41,021 bases of DNA. Source: an uncultured Pseudomonadota bacterium (GTDB lineage Bacteria > Pseudomonadota > Alphaproteobacteria > RF32 > CAG-239). Each line of letters begins with the position of its first letter. The stretch's first letter is position 1. Both the position numbers and the translations under genes were made by a program. Shown piece by piece: positions 1-7,597 of this stretch. The notes below the pieces were generated by a model. That model was given only the letters and a program-made list of their open reading frames with translations, was not told the origin of the DNA and made no database searches. The stretch is taken from NCBI GenBank assembly GCA_949295475.1, contig CASFLC010000085.1, forward strand, positions 1 through 41,021. The letters run 5' to 3'.

Positions 1-1
1 G

Positions 2-850
2 GAATGGATTCAAAAGAATCCCAAGGCACGGCAGGCAAAGTCCAAGGCCCGAATCAACGCCTATGACGAATTATTGGCTCAGGCGACAAAAGATAAGATT
101 ACCACGGCGCATATTAATATTCCGATGACGGAACGTCTGGGTGATCTGGTGATTGAGGCGACTAATCTGACCAAGGGTTTTGGCGACAGAGTTTTGATTG
201 ACAATCTGTCTTTTAAGATTCCCAAAGGGGCAATCGTGGGGATTATCGGTCCTAACGGCGCCGGCAAGACAACTTTGTTCCGCATGATTACGGGGCAGGA
301 AGAGCCGGATTCCGGAACAATCCGTCTCGGAGATACGGTTGATTTGGGATATGTCGATCAGTCCCGTGACGAACTGAATCCGGATAAAACGGTTTGGGAG
401 GAAATTTCTGACGGTTTGGATATGATACAGCTCGGCAAAAAGGAAATACCGTCCCGCGCCTATGTCGGACAGTTTAATTTTAAAGGAAGCGACCAGCAGA
501 AAAAAGTCGGACAGCTTTCCGGCGGCGAGCGCAACAGAGTTCATTTGGCCAAGATGCTCAAAAAGGGTGCCAATGTTATTCTGCTGGACGAACCAACCAA
601 TGATCTGGACGTTGATACGCTGCGTTCTCTGGAAGAAGGAATTATGAATTATCCCGGCTGTGTTTTGGTGACATCACACGACCGGTGGTTTCTTGATCGT
701 CTGGCGACGCATATTCTGGCTTATGAAGACGAAGGGCACGTTGAGTGGTTTGAAGGCAATTTTGAGGAATACGAGAAAGATAAACGTCGCCGCCTCGGTG
801 ACGATGCCGTTAATCCGCACCGTATCCGCTATAAAAAACTGGAGCGCTAG
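2..850 (+). CDS. ettA: Energy-dependent translational throttle ABC-F protein EttA/ChvD, 5'-truncated by the window edge
   Basis: Open frame from base 2 (EWIQKNPKARQAKSKARINAYDELL). Walker A GPNGAGKTT, signature LSGGERNR, LLDEPTNDLD, C-terminal PHRIRYKKL typical of EttA. Confidence 0.95.
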   Translation, partial: EWIQKNPKARQAKSKARINAYDELLAQATKDKITTAHINIPMTERLGDLVIEATNLTKGFGDRVLIDNLSFKIPKGAIVGIIGPNGAGKTTLFRMITGQEEPDSGTIRLGDTVDLGYVDQSRDELNPDKTVWEEISDGLDMIQLGKKEIPSRAYVGQFNFKGSDQQKKVGQLSGGERNRVHLAKMLKKGANVILLDEPTNDLDVDTLRSLEEGIMNYPGCVLVTSHDRWFLDRLATHILAYEDEGHVEWFEGNFEEYEKDKRRRLGDDAVNPHRIRYKKLER

Positions 851-866
851 CCGCGGTTTCGCTGTG

Positions 867-902
867 AAAAAGTCCCTTCTTTGCGTAAAGAAGGGACTTT
901 TT
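867..902. terminator. Bidirectional intrinsic terminator
   Basis: Perfect inverted repeat AAAAAGTCCCTTCTTT-gcgt-AAAGAAGGGACTTTTT between convergent genes. Confidence 0.9.
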
Positions 903-913
903 GTGATTCCGTT

Positions 914-1504
914 TTAGGATTTGGCATAATTGTCGTCAACGATTTTTTGAACTTGCTTTTCGGCTCCGCCGCCTTCCCAGCACCAAAAATTTTCCTGCTG
1001 ATAGATGCGTCCGCTGAGCGCTTTTAATAAACGGCGGCAAATTTTCCGGGTACCGCAATAAAAGTGCCGTTTGTCATCGTCGCTGCTGATGATAATATGC
1101 CGCGGAATAAAATTTTGGCGCAGAATGTTCAGAGCCGTCTGATGTTGGTTTTCCTGCGGAATGTAAAAGCTCAGGAAACAAACTCTGGAGTTTTCCCGCC
1201 TGAGCAGACGGAGAACAGTGCGCGGCGTTGCGTTTCCTTCCCACAGCCAGCTTCCGCGGCGGTACAAAACTTTTCCTTCGGGACAGGCCTTTAGGAGTTT
1301 TTGACAATCTTTCCATGAGCCGATGTAGGTCAGACGGTTTTGGCTGCCGCCATGGAACATAATTTTGACCGAGGCCAGTGTGGCAAGTTTTTGCAATTCT
1401 TGACGGCTAAAATAATTTTTTTTTGTTTTTTTGCGTGAGAAATTTTCCCACTCCGTGCAGGCTTTTTGAATTGCCATGCACATTTCTTGAAATCTTGAAG
1501 ACAT
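914..1504 (-). CDS. Hypothetical basic protein with two internal ~50-aa repeats
   Basis: 196-aa ORF ending at the shared terminator; YIGSWKDCQKLLKA..G..WLWEG and YCGTRKICRRLLKA..G..WCWEG are duplicated. Confidence 0.7.
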   Translation of the reverse strand: MSSRFQEMCMAIQKACTEWENFSRKKTKKNYFSRQELQKLATLASVKIMFHGGSQNRLTYIGSWKDCQKLLKACPEGKVLYRRGSWLWEGNATPRTVLRLLRRENSRVCFLSFYIPQENQHQTALNILRQNFIPRHIIISSDDDKRHFYCGTRKICRRLLKALSGRIYQQENFWCWEGGGAEKQVQKIVDDNYAKS

Positions 1505-1539
1505 AATTGTTAAAATTAAAAATTTTAGTTTATGTCTTC

Positions 1540-1568
1540 ATATAGAATAAATTGGCGGATTTTGTCAA
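1540..1568 (-). promoter_or_regulatory. Putative sigma70 promoter for the 914..1504 gene
   Basis: Minus strand TTGACA-N17-CTATAT, similar to the alphaproteobacterial housekeeping consensus. Confidence 0.45.
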
Positions 1569-1656
1569 ACTAAAATTTTTTGCCTCTTTAAATCTGCCGG
1601 CGGCAGTTTATATGAATTTTGTGAGGTTATCATGATGTTGAAAGAAAGGGTGCAAG

Positions 1657-2076
1657 ATGCGTTTGTGGTCGGTTCATCCGAAATATTTGGATAAATACGG
1701 TTTGATAGCCCTTTGGAGGGAAGGCCTGCTGGCTCAAAAAGCGCTGAGCGGCGGTGCCCGGGGATATCAGAATAATCCGCAATTGCAGCGTTTTAAAAGT
1801 CAGGACAATCCGCTTAAGGCAATTGGTTCGTATCTTTGTTTTGTGGCATCCGAAGCTTTGAGACAGGGATACCGGTTTAATCATGAAAAAATTTTGTACC
1901 CTAATTTTGAAACGGCTTTTATGAAAGTCGACAGCAGACAGCTGCTTTGGGAAACAGAACATCTCAAGGCAAAGCTCAAACAACGTGATAAGCTGAAGTT
2001 TCTGGAACTCAGCCTTTCGCCCCGGGCGGACGTCCACCCGGTTTTTTATGTCAATCTAACAAAAGGAATTCAATAA
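1657..2076 (+). CDS. Pyrimidine-dimer DNA glycosylase / T4 endonuclease V-like protein
   Basis: N-terminus MRLWSVHPKYLDKYGLIALWREGLLAQKAL, GYQNNPQLQRF and RQGYRFN match the bacterial DenV-like family. Confidence 0.85.
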   Translation: MRLWSVHPKYLDKYGLIALWREGLLAQKALSGGARGYQNNPQLQRFKSQDNPLKAIGSYLCFVASEALRQGYRFNHEKILYPNFETAFMKVDSRQLLWETEHLKAKLKQRDKLKFLELSLSPRADVHPVFYVNLTKGIQ

Positions 2077-2282
2077 TGTCAAAAGGTACGGTAAAGTGGT
2101 TTAATACTAAAAAAGGTTACGGTTTTATCAGACCGGAAACGGGCAGCAAAGACGTTTTTGTACATATCAGCCAGCTTGAAAGATCCGGGATATCCAGCCT
2201 TCCTGACGGACAAGCAGTCAGTTTTGAGTTGTATCAGGATCGCGACGGGCGTCCGGCCGCCGGTTCGCTCAGGCTTCTTTGA
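2076..2282 (+). CDS. Cold-shock domain protein (CspA family)
   Basis: GTVKWFNTKKGYGFI (RNP1) and DVFVHIS (RNP2); TAATG overlap with the upstream gene. Confidence 0.95.
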   Translation: MSKGTVKWFNTKKGYGFIRPETGSKDVFVHISQLERSGISSLPDGQAVSFELYQDRDGRPAAGSLRLL

Positions 2283-2295
2283 GTTTGGACGGAGA

Positions 2296-2856
2296 TTATT
2301 TGAAGGAGATGTTTTCCAATGTGCAGGAAAAACTGCTTTCCTGCGGGGAACAGGCATAAGCGCCGGCTTTCAATCCGTTGTCTGAATTCAGGTAGAACAA
2401 TCTGAGCCTTTGGTATTGTCTGCCGTCGAGAGAATAAGACAGGACACAGTCTCCGTTTTGACAGCATAATCGGTACCAGATGTCTGCAGGGCAGATTTTG
2501 AGAGGGTTTACGGCCCAATCAGACTGCCCCGCAACGGTTACGACGCTGCCTATTTGCGGCTGGTCTTTTGATGCACACAGAATTCCGGCCTTGGCCCAAT
2601 TGAATTCATTTTGCCGGATCATTATGCCGCACTGGGCAAAGTTTTCCGGATTTTCAGCGTGCCATTTTATATCCAGAGAAAAAACAGGCGGGCAGTTTTG
2701 ATAAAAAAAATGGCCGTCGTCTTTTTGAAAATTGTGGCGGCGGTTTTGCCAGAAATCCGTGTGCGGCAGGGTTTCGACAATCATCCCTTCCTCACTGAAA
2801 CGGACGTTGAAAGGTTCGTTGTGCCAGGAAAAGTCTTTGAGCGCATCAAGCAGCAT
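2296..2856 (-). CDS. DUF1349 family protein (concanavalin-like fold)
   Basis: WHNEP, TDFWQ, DDGHF, QCGIMIR, WAKAG, SVVT, SDW, YSLDG and GAYACSPQ motifs. Confidence 0.85.
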   Translation of the reverse strand: MLLDALKDFSWHNEPFNVRFSEEGMIVETLPHTDFWQNRRHNFQKDDGHFFYQNCPPVFSLDIKWHAENPENFAQCGIMIRQNEFNWAKAGILCASKDQPQIGSVVTVAGQSDWAVNPLKICPADIWYRLCCQNGDCVLSYSLDGRQYQRLRLFYLNSDNGLKAGAYACSPQESSFSCTLENISFK

Positions 2857-3794
2857 TAAAAGTTCCTTACGGTTTCGTCGGGCATGGCCCTCAGTGTTTT
2901 TTCAAGTTCCGGGTTGGCGGTTTTAGGCGCAATAATTTTTAATGTAATGATTTCGTCTCCTGCCGTACTTTTAGTTTTGATGCCTTTCCCTTTAAGACGC
3001 AGTTTTTCGCCGCTGGAAGCATAAGGCGGAATATTGACGATAACTTTGCCGCTGATGGTGGGGACGGTAACCTTTGCGCCCAAGACGGCTTCTTTGACGG
3101 TAATCGGCAGTTCCATCAGAATATTGCTGCCTTCAGCGCTGAAGTATGGGTGTTTGTCCACATTTAAGGTAATCAGCACATCGCCGGCAGGGCCGCCGTT
3201 GAAACTCGGCTGTCCCAGTCCTTTTAACCGCAGAGTTTGTCCGTCTGAGGTTCCGGCAGGGATTTTGACATTAATGTTTTTGCCGTTGATGCTGACGGTT
3301 TTTTCATCGCCGCGGGCGGCCGTCAGAAAGTCAATCCGCATGGTGTAGGCAATATCTTCGCCTTTGCGCGGCCGATGCGACGACGCTCCGCTGAAACCCT
3401 GAAAACCGCTGTTCCGGCCTCCTGCAAATTGTGAAAAAATATCATCTCCGAAAATGGAGGAAAAATCAAATCCGCCGGAGCCGCCGCCGAAAGGATTATC
3501 GCCTGTGTAAGTATATGTGCGGTATCCGTCGCTTCCGGCACCTCCGAATCCGGCGCCAAACCCGGTAGGTTTTCCATCGGCGTCAATTTCGTTGTTGTCG
3601 TATTTTTTGCGCTTTTCCTTATCGCCGAGAATGTCGTAAGCGCATGAAATTTCTTTGAATTTTTCAGCTGCGTCCGGATTGTCTTTGTTGAGGTCGGGGT
3701 GGTATTTGCGCGCCAGTTTACGGTATGCCGATTTGATTTCCGCATCGCCGGCATCTTTGCTTACGCCCAAGACATGATAAAGGTTTTTGTTCAT
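2856..3794 (-). CDS. Class B DnaJ co-chaperone (CbpA-like, no zinc finger)
   Basis: J domain with HPD (KYHPDLNK), G/F-rich linker, DnaJ_C domain. ATG at 3794 preferred over the upstream TTG at 3824. Confidence 0.92.
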   Translation of the reverse strand: MNKNLYHVLGVSKDAGDAEIKSAYRKLARKYHPDLNKDNPDAAEKFKEISCAYDILGDKEKRKKYDNNEIDADGKPTGFGAGFGGAGSDGYRTYTYTGDNPFGGGSGGFDFSSIFGDDIFSQFAGGRNSGFQGFSGASSHRPRKGEDIAYTMRIDFLTAARGDEKTVSINGKNINVKIPAGTSDGQTLRLKGLGQPSFNGGPAGDVLITLNVDKHPYFSAEGSNILMELPITVKEAVLGAKVTVPTISGKVIVNIPPYASSGEKLRLKGKGIKTKSTAGDEIITLKIIAPKTANPELEKTLRAMPDETVRNF

Positions 3795-3873
3795 CTTTTT
3801 TTTGCTCTTCGTAAAAATTTCCAATCTTATATGCTATATAGGAAGAACAAGTCTTTATTGCAAGCAGATCGGC

Positions 3874-4185
3874 TTATTTTGCGTCAATGTTCCGGCAGAC
3901 AAAAGTTGCCCGGCGGGCATTGTCCCGCTGCAGCGTGATTTTGTAAAGGGCGGCCTGTTTGTTGCCGCGGTCCTGACAATATTGCGCGGCTACGGGAGCC
4001 AGTTCGTCAACCCTGATATTGCGGTATTCGTAAGTGACGTAGAGCGGAGATTGACTGATAACCCGTGCATTGGCGGCCAGATAATTGTAATCCGGATCAA
4101 AAATTACTTCGGTTTCCTGATATCCGGTCAGAGAGCAGGCTGATGCCGCGGCGATTATACCCAGCAGGGCAAGTGTTTTTTTCAT
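3874..4185 (-). CDS. Hypothetical lipoprotein
   Basis: MKK, hydrophobic stretch, lipobox-like ASAC; two later Cys (QYC, FVC); GGAG RBS; ATGA overlap with the upstream ORF. Confidence 0.8.
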   Translation of the reverse strand: MKKTLALLGIIAAASACSLTGYQETEVIFDPDYNYLAANARVISQSPLYVTYEYRNIRVDELAPVAAQYCQDRGNKQAALYKITLQRDNARRATFVCRNIDAK

Positions 4186-4373
4186 GCGTTGAGACTCCTT
4201 CCACCAGATTTTTTGACACGGGATTTTGTTTTGACTTTTTCTTCGGGCGGAAGTTCGGACAATCCTTCAACCGGTTGATAAACGCCGTCGCGGATTTTGG
4301 CCGCAATAATCAACCGGCGTTTTTCCTGAAAACGTTTGAGGGCCTGCGTGTAATCGTAAGTAAAATTTTTCAT
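4182..4373 (-). CDS. Small basic hypothetical protein (63 aa)
   Basis: AAAGG RBS; coupled to the lipoprotein by an ATGA overlap; fills the gap exactly. Confidence 0.6.
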   Translation of the reverse strand: MKNFTYDYTQALKRFQEKRRLIIAAKIRDGVYQPVEGLSELPPEEKVKTKSRVKKSGGRSLNA

Positions 4374-4416
4374 GTCCGGTACCTTTGTCTTTTCAATCCC
4401 AGCATAGCACTTTCAG

Positions 4417-4432
4417 GTTAATCAAAGCTTAA
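4417..4432 (-). promoter_or_regulatory. Putative CtrA box
   Basis: Minus strand TTAA-GCTTTGA-TTAAC is an exact TTAA-N7-TTAAC consensus, followed by -10-like GCTATGCT. Confidence 0.45.
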
Positions 4433-4731
4433 TTGAGTTCGTTGTATATATCTTTGCCGGCGCGGAGCAGAATGTTGTAAATTCTGTTGTTGGTCGAGTT
4501 CTTGGTGCGGGTGTTCTGCAGTTTTTCCATCATGCGAGCCAACTTGCGGTTGAAGGCTTGATTTTGGCGCAGTTTTTCGATGTCGCGGAGATTTTCTTCA
4601 TCGTCGATTTTATAGTTAACCACAGCTTTGAGAGTTGCCATATACTGCGCTTCCTGCTGGGCGGCAAATTGAGCACGGGCAGGAAGAATCCAAAAGGTTG
4701 AAATTAAAAACGCGACGGCGGCGGCCCTCAT
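4429..4731 (-). CDS. Secreted hypothetical protein
   Basis: GGGAGG RBS before ATG 4731; signal peptide MRAAAVAFLISTFWILPARA; predicted helical mature part. Confidence 0.75.
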   Translation of the reverse strand: MRAAAVAFLISTFWILPARAQFAAQQEAQYMATLKAVVNYKIDDEENLRDIEKLRQNQAFNRKLARMMEKLQNTRTKNSTNNRIYNILLRAGKDIYNELN

Positions 4732-4832
4732 TTTATGCCTCCCTTTCAAATAAGGTATTGTTTTCATTTTGATAAATTATATACTACAAACATTCGAATC
4801 GTTTGACTACGGATTTTTGAAAGTTATCACAC

Positions 4833-5810
4833 ATGAAAAAAACTTTATGGGCTCTTTTTGACGACAGAGCGGGCAGCGTCGGTCAGGCTAAAGGGATTTT
4901 GCCGCTTTTGACCGACGATTTTGATGTTGAGATTAAAACGATAGTTTACAATCGTCTGGCAGCGTTGCCGAATTGTCTGTTGGGCGCCAGCCTGCGCGGC
5001 GTTGACCGTCGGAACAGTTCTTTGACGGAGCCGCCGTATCCTGATTTGATTCTTTCGGTCAGCCGCCGGACGGCGCCGATTGCCCGCTATATCAGAAAAA
5101 AGTCCGGCGGGCGCAGCAAAATCGTGCAGCTGATGTATCCGGGAAAATGCGGCTTGCGGGATATGGCGCTGGTCGTCGTTCCCGAGCATGACCGGCAGAA
5201 ATGTCCGAAAACCGAAAACATTTTCTTTGTGACCGGCTGTGCCCACAGAGTGACGCCTCAGGCAATGGCCGAAGCCGTCGCCCGCTGGGAAAGTGTTTTT
5301 GCGCCTCTGCCCAAACCGTGGACGACGGTAATCGTAGGCGGCGCAATTAAAGGAAAACCTTTCAGTGCCGATAATGCCGCTGCTTTGGGAAGCTTTTTGC
5401 AAAAGACGGTTAAGCAAACCGGTGGTTCGCTGCTGATTACGACATCCCGGAGGACGGGACAGGAGGCTGAAAATATTATAAAAAAAGCTGTTGAGGGTAT
5501 CCCCGCTTATACTTATTGGTGGGGAGAGCAAAAAGATAATCCGATAATGGGTTTTTATGCTCTTGCGGACAGAATCGTGGTGACCGGAGACACGGTGTCC
5601 ATGTGCAGCGAGGCCTGCGGCAGCGGCCGTCCCGTTCTTATCTTTTGCGGCAAAAACTGGCTGCAGCCCAAGCATGAGCGCTTTGTCCGCTCGTTGTGCG
5701 ACGGCGGTTATGCTGTTTTGGCAGAGGCTTCACAGGCTTTGTCTTTTGTTCCGACGCGGCGGCTTGATCCGGCGGCGGAAATCGCCGCAAAGATAAAATC
5801 TTTGTTTTAG
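4833..5810 (+). CDS. Mitochondrial-fission ELM1 family protein (DUF1022)
   Basis: D-RAGSVGQ, PPYPDL, VVPEHD, ITTSRRT, NPIMGFYALADRIVVTGDTVSMCSEA motifs. Confidence 0.9.
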   Translation: MKKTLWALFDDRAGSVGQAKGILPLLTDDFDVEIKTIVYNRLAALPNCLLGASLRGVDRRNSSLTEPPYPDLILSVSRRTAPIARYIRKKSGGRSKIVQLMYPGKCGLRDMALVVVPEHDRQKCPKTENIFFVTGCAHRVTPQAMAEAVARWESVFAPLPKPWTTVIVGGAIKGKPFSADNAAALGSFLQKTVKQTGGSLLITTSRRTGQEAENIIKKAVEGIPAYTYWWGEQKDNPIMGFYALADRIVVTGDTVSMCSEACGSGRPVLIFCGKNWLQPKHERFVRSLCDGGYAVLAEASQALSFVPTRRLDPAAEIAAKIKSLF

Positions 5811-6574
5811 TCTTCGAAAAAGAAATTGTCTTTATGCGGTTGGGAATCCTGAATTCCTTCCAGAGGTCCGGTCTTTTTGGTGGCGGCGACTTTTTGGTAA
5901 ATGCCGCCGAAGTATGTGCTTTTGCGCCAGATATAGTCGAATTTGTTTTTTGCGAAAGTTTCTATGCCGCGATCCCATAATTTTTCGACAAAGGGGTTGT
6001 AGAGGCGGTTGAACATCCGGATAAAATAGCGCAGCGGATTCCACCAATAGGGACTGTGATGGTCAATAAAAATGACGTTTCCGCCGTCTTTGACCAAATT
6101 CAAAGCGTTGTTGATGACTTTGCTTTTGGTAACGGGGGGAAGTTCCTGCAACAGCATAAAACAAATGACGCAGTCATATTTTTCTTCACTTTTATAAGTT
6201 GCGGCGTCTGCGCAGATAAAACGCAGCCCGGGGTAAATGTCGCCGTATTTTTCGCGGTTGCGGGATACCTGCAGGGAATTGATGTCAATGACGTCGATTT
6301 GTCCGTAGGCGCCGACGCGCATGGCAATTTCGTCTGTTTCTTTGCCGAAGACGGCTCCCATTTGGAGAATTCTCTGATTTTGCCGCAGTTCATGCAACAG
6401 CGCCGTGACCAGCCGGTTGTATTGAAACATACTGCGAAGCAGGCACGAAAAACGGCTGTCATATCTCAGGCTGCGGTTAAGATCTCCGTATATGCTTCCG
6501 TAAAAAAAGCTACTGTATGCGGGGACGGGCAGCGGCGTAATTTGGTCTTGTTCTATTGGTTTTGGCGTCATCAT
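5807..6574 (-). CDS. rquA: RquA-like rhodoquinone biosynthesis protein (class I SAM-dependent fold), divergent
   Basis: ILQMGAVFG (RquA QVACVYG-type, not GxGxG), DVIDI..LQ, FMLLQELP, IDHHSPYWWNPLRY, YNPFVEKLW and terminal YFGGIYQKV are colinear with recalled RquA. Start 6574 overlaps the Hpt stop (ATGA). Confidence 0.8.
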   Translation of the reverse strand: MMTPKPIEQDQITPLPVPAYSSFFYGSIYGDLNRSLRYDSRFSCLLRSMFQYNRLVTALLHELRQNQRILQMGAVFGKETDEIAMRVGAYGQIDVIDINSLQVSRNREKYGDIYPGLRFICADAATYKSEEKYDCVICFMLLQELPPVTKSKVINNALNLVKDGGNVIFIDHHSPYWWNPLRYFIRMFNRLYNPFVEKLWDRGIETFAKNKFDYIWRKSTYFGGIYQKVAATKKTGPLEGIQDSQPHKDNFFFED

Positions 6575-6915
6575 TGTTTTATTTTCCCTGAATTCAGATA
6601 TTCGGTTACTTTGTCGGTGCTTTCCAGGAAACTTCCGCGGATTTTTTGAATTTGCCGCGGAAGTTTGTGCAGCCGCCGGGCTAGGATGTTTTCTTCGGCC
6701 TCGGCACATAAGGCGGAAAATTCTTCCAGCCCGAAAACCAGACTGCCGGATTTCCAGTTGTGAAAGCAGTTTTTTTGTTCATCCGGCGTTTTCTGCTCAA
6801 AATTGTCCCAGTTGCGGGCGGAAACAGTCAAAAATTCATCCCATAACCGGCGGATTTTGGCGTTTCCGAAAACGGCGGCGTATTCTTGCAGGCGTTGTGT
6901 ATTAAACTTATTCAT
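6571..6915 (-). CDS. Stand-alone Hpt (histidine phosphotransfer) domain protein
   Basis: 114 aa, helical; FHNWKSGSLVFGLEEFSALCAEAE matches H-x-x-K-G/S-x-S-x3-G-x3-L-x3-C-x2-LE. Confidence 0.85.
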   Translation of the reverse strand: MNKFNTQRLQEYAAVFGNAKIRRLWDEFLTVSARNWDNFEQKTPDEQKNCFHNWKSGSLVFGLEEFSALCAEAEENILARRLHKLPRQIQKIRGSFLESTDKVTEYLNSGKIKQ

Positions 6916-7582
6916 TGGGCTTGATTAATCCGAGATGAGTGGCTTCCACGACCGCACCGGTGCGGTTGTAGACATTCAGCAGTTTCAAAATGGCGGTTAC
7001 GTGCAATTTGACGGTTCCTTCGGTAAGGCCGAGTTCGTAAGCAATTTGTTTGTTGGATTTTCCTTGAGAAATCAGGCGGATAACATCAATCTGCCGCGGG
7101 GACAGAATTTTGACTTTTTCTTTGACATCCTGCGTTTCGGGAATTTGTTCCACCTGTTTAAGGAGGTCAAATTTGTTTTGATTGGTGTTTTGCAGAAGTT
7201 CCGGCGGAATGTAGACGCCTCCGGACAGCACCAGATTAACGGCGCTGATGATAACGGCATTGGACGAGGCTTTGGAAATATATCCGGCGGCTCCGATTTC
7301 AATGCTTTTTTGCACGATTTCCTTATCGAAAACGGCAGAGAGGATAATTATCGGCGTTTCGGGAAGAGTGAGGTGAATCTTTTGGATGGCATCCAGCCAT
7401 TGGGAACCGGGCATGGCCAAATCGGTCAATACCAAGTTGAAATCTTTTTGTTTGTCGATGATTTTGAATATTTCAGAGTAGTCTTTGGCAAATACCAGCT
7501 GCGCATCCGGGTAATTGTCGCTTAAAATAAGCTCCAGTCCTTTGAGAAACAGTTCATGGTCATCCGCAACTAAAATTTTCAA
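6908..7582 (-). CDS. NarL/LuxR-family DNA-binding response regulator
   Basis: ILVADDH, LTDLAMPG (phospho-Asp), YISK, LuxR HTH LSPRQ..GKSNKQIAYELGLTEGTVKLHV. Confidence 0.95.
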   Translation of the reverse strand: MKILVADDHELFLKGLELILSDNYPDAQLVFAKDYSEIFKIIDKQKDFNLVLTDLAMPGSQWLDAIQKIHLTLPETPIIILSAVFDKEIVQKSIEIGAAGYISKASSNAVIISAVNLVLSGGVYIPPELLQNTNQNKFDLLKQVEQIPETQDVKEKVKILSPRQIDVIRLISQGKSNKQIAYELGLTEGTVKLHVTAILKLLNVYNRTGAVVEATHLGLIKPNE

Positions 7583-7597
7583 TGGCGTTCTCCTTTG

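Noticed and set aside
1657-2076. DenV-like gene as a prophage remnant
   Set aside because: No other phage genes, integrase or att-like repeats nearby; the family also occurs on bacterial chromosomes.
6575-6709. N-terminal extension of the rquA ORF to 300 aa
   Set aside because: It overlaps the Hpt gene in another frame; ATGA coupling at 6574 is the better start.
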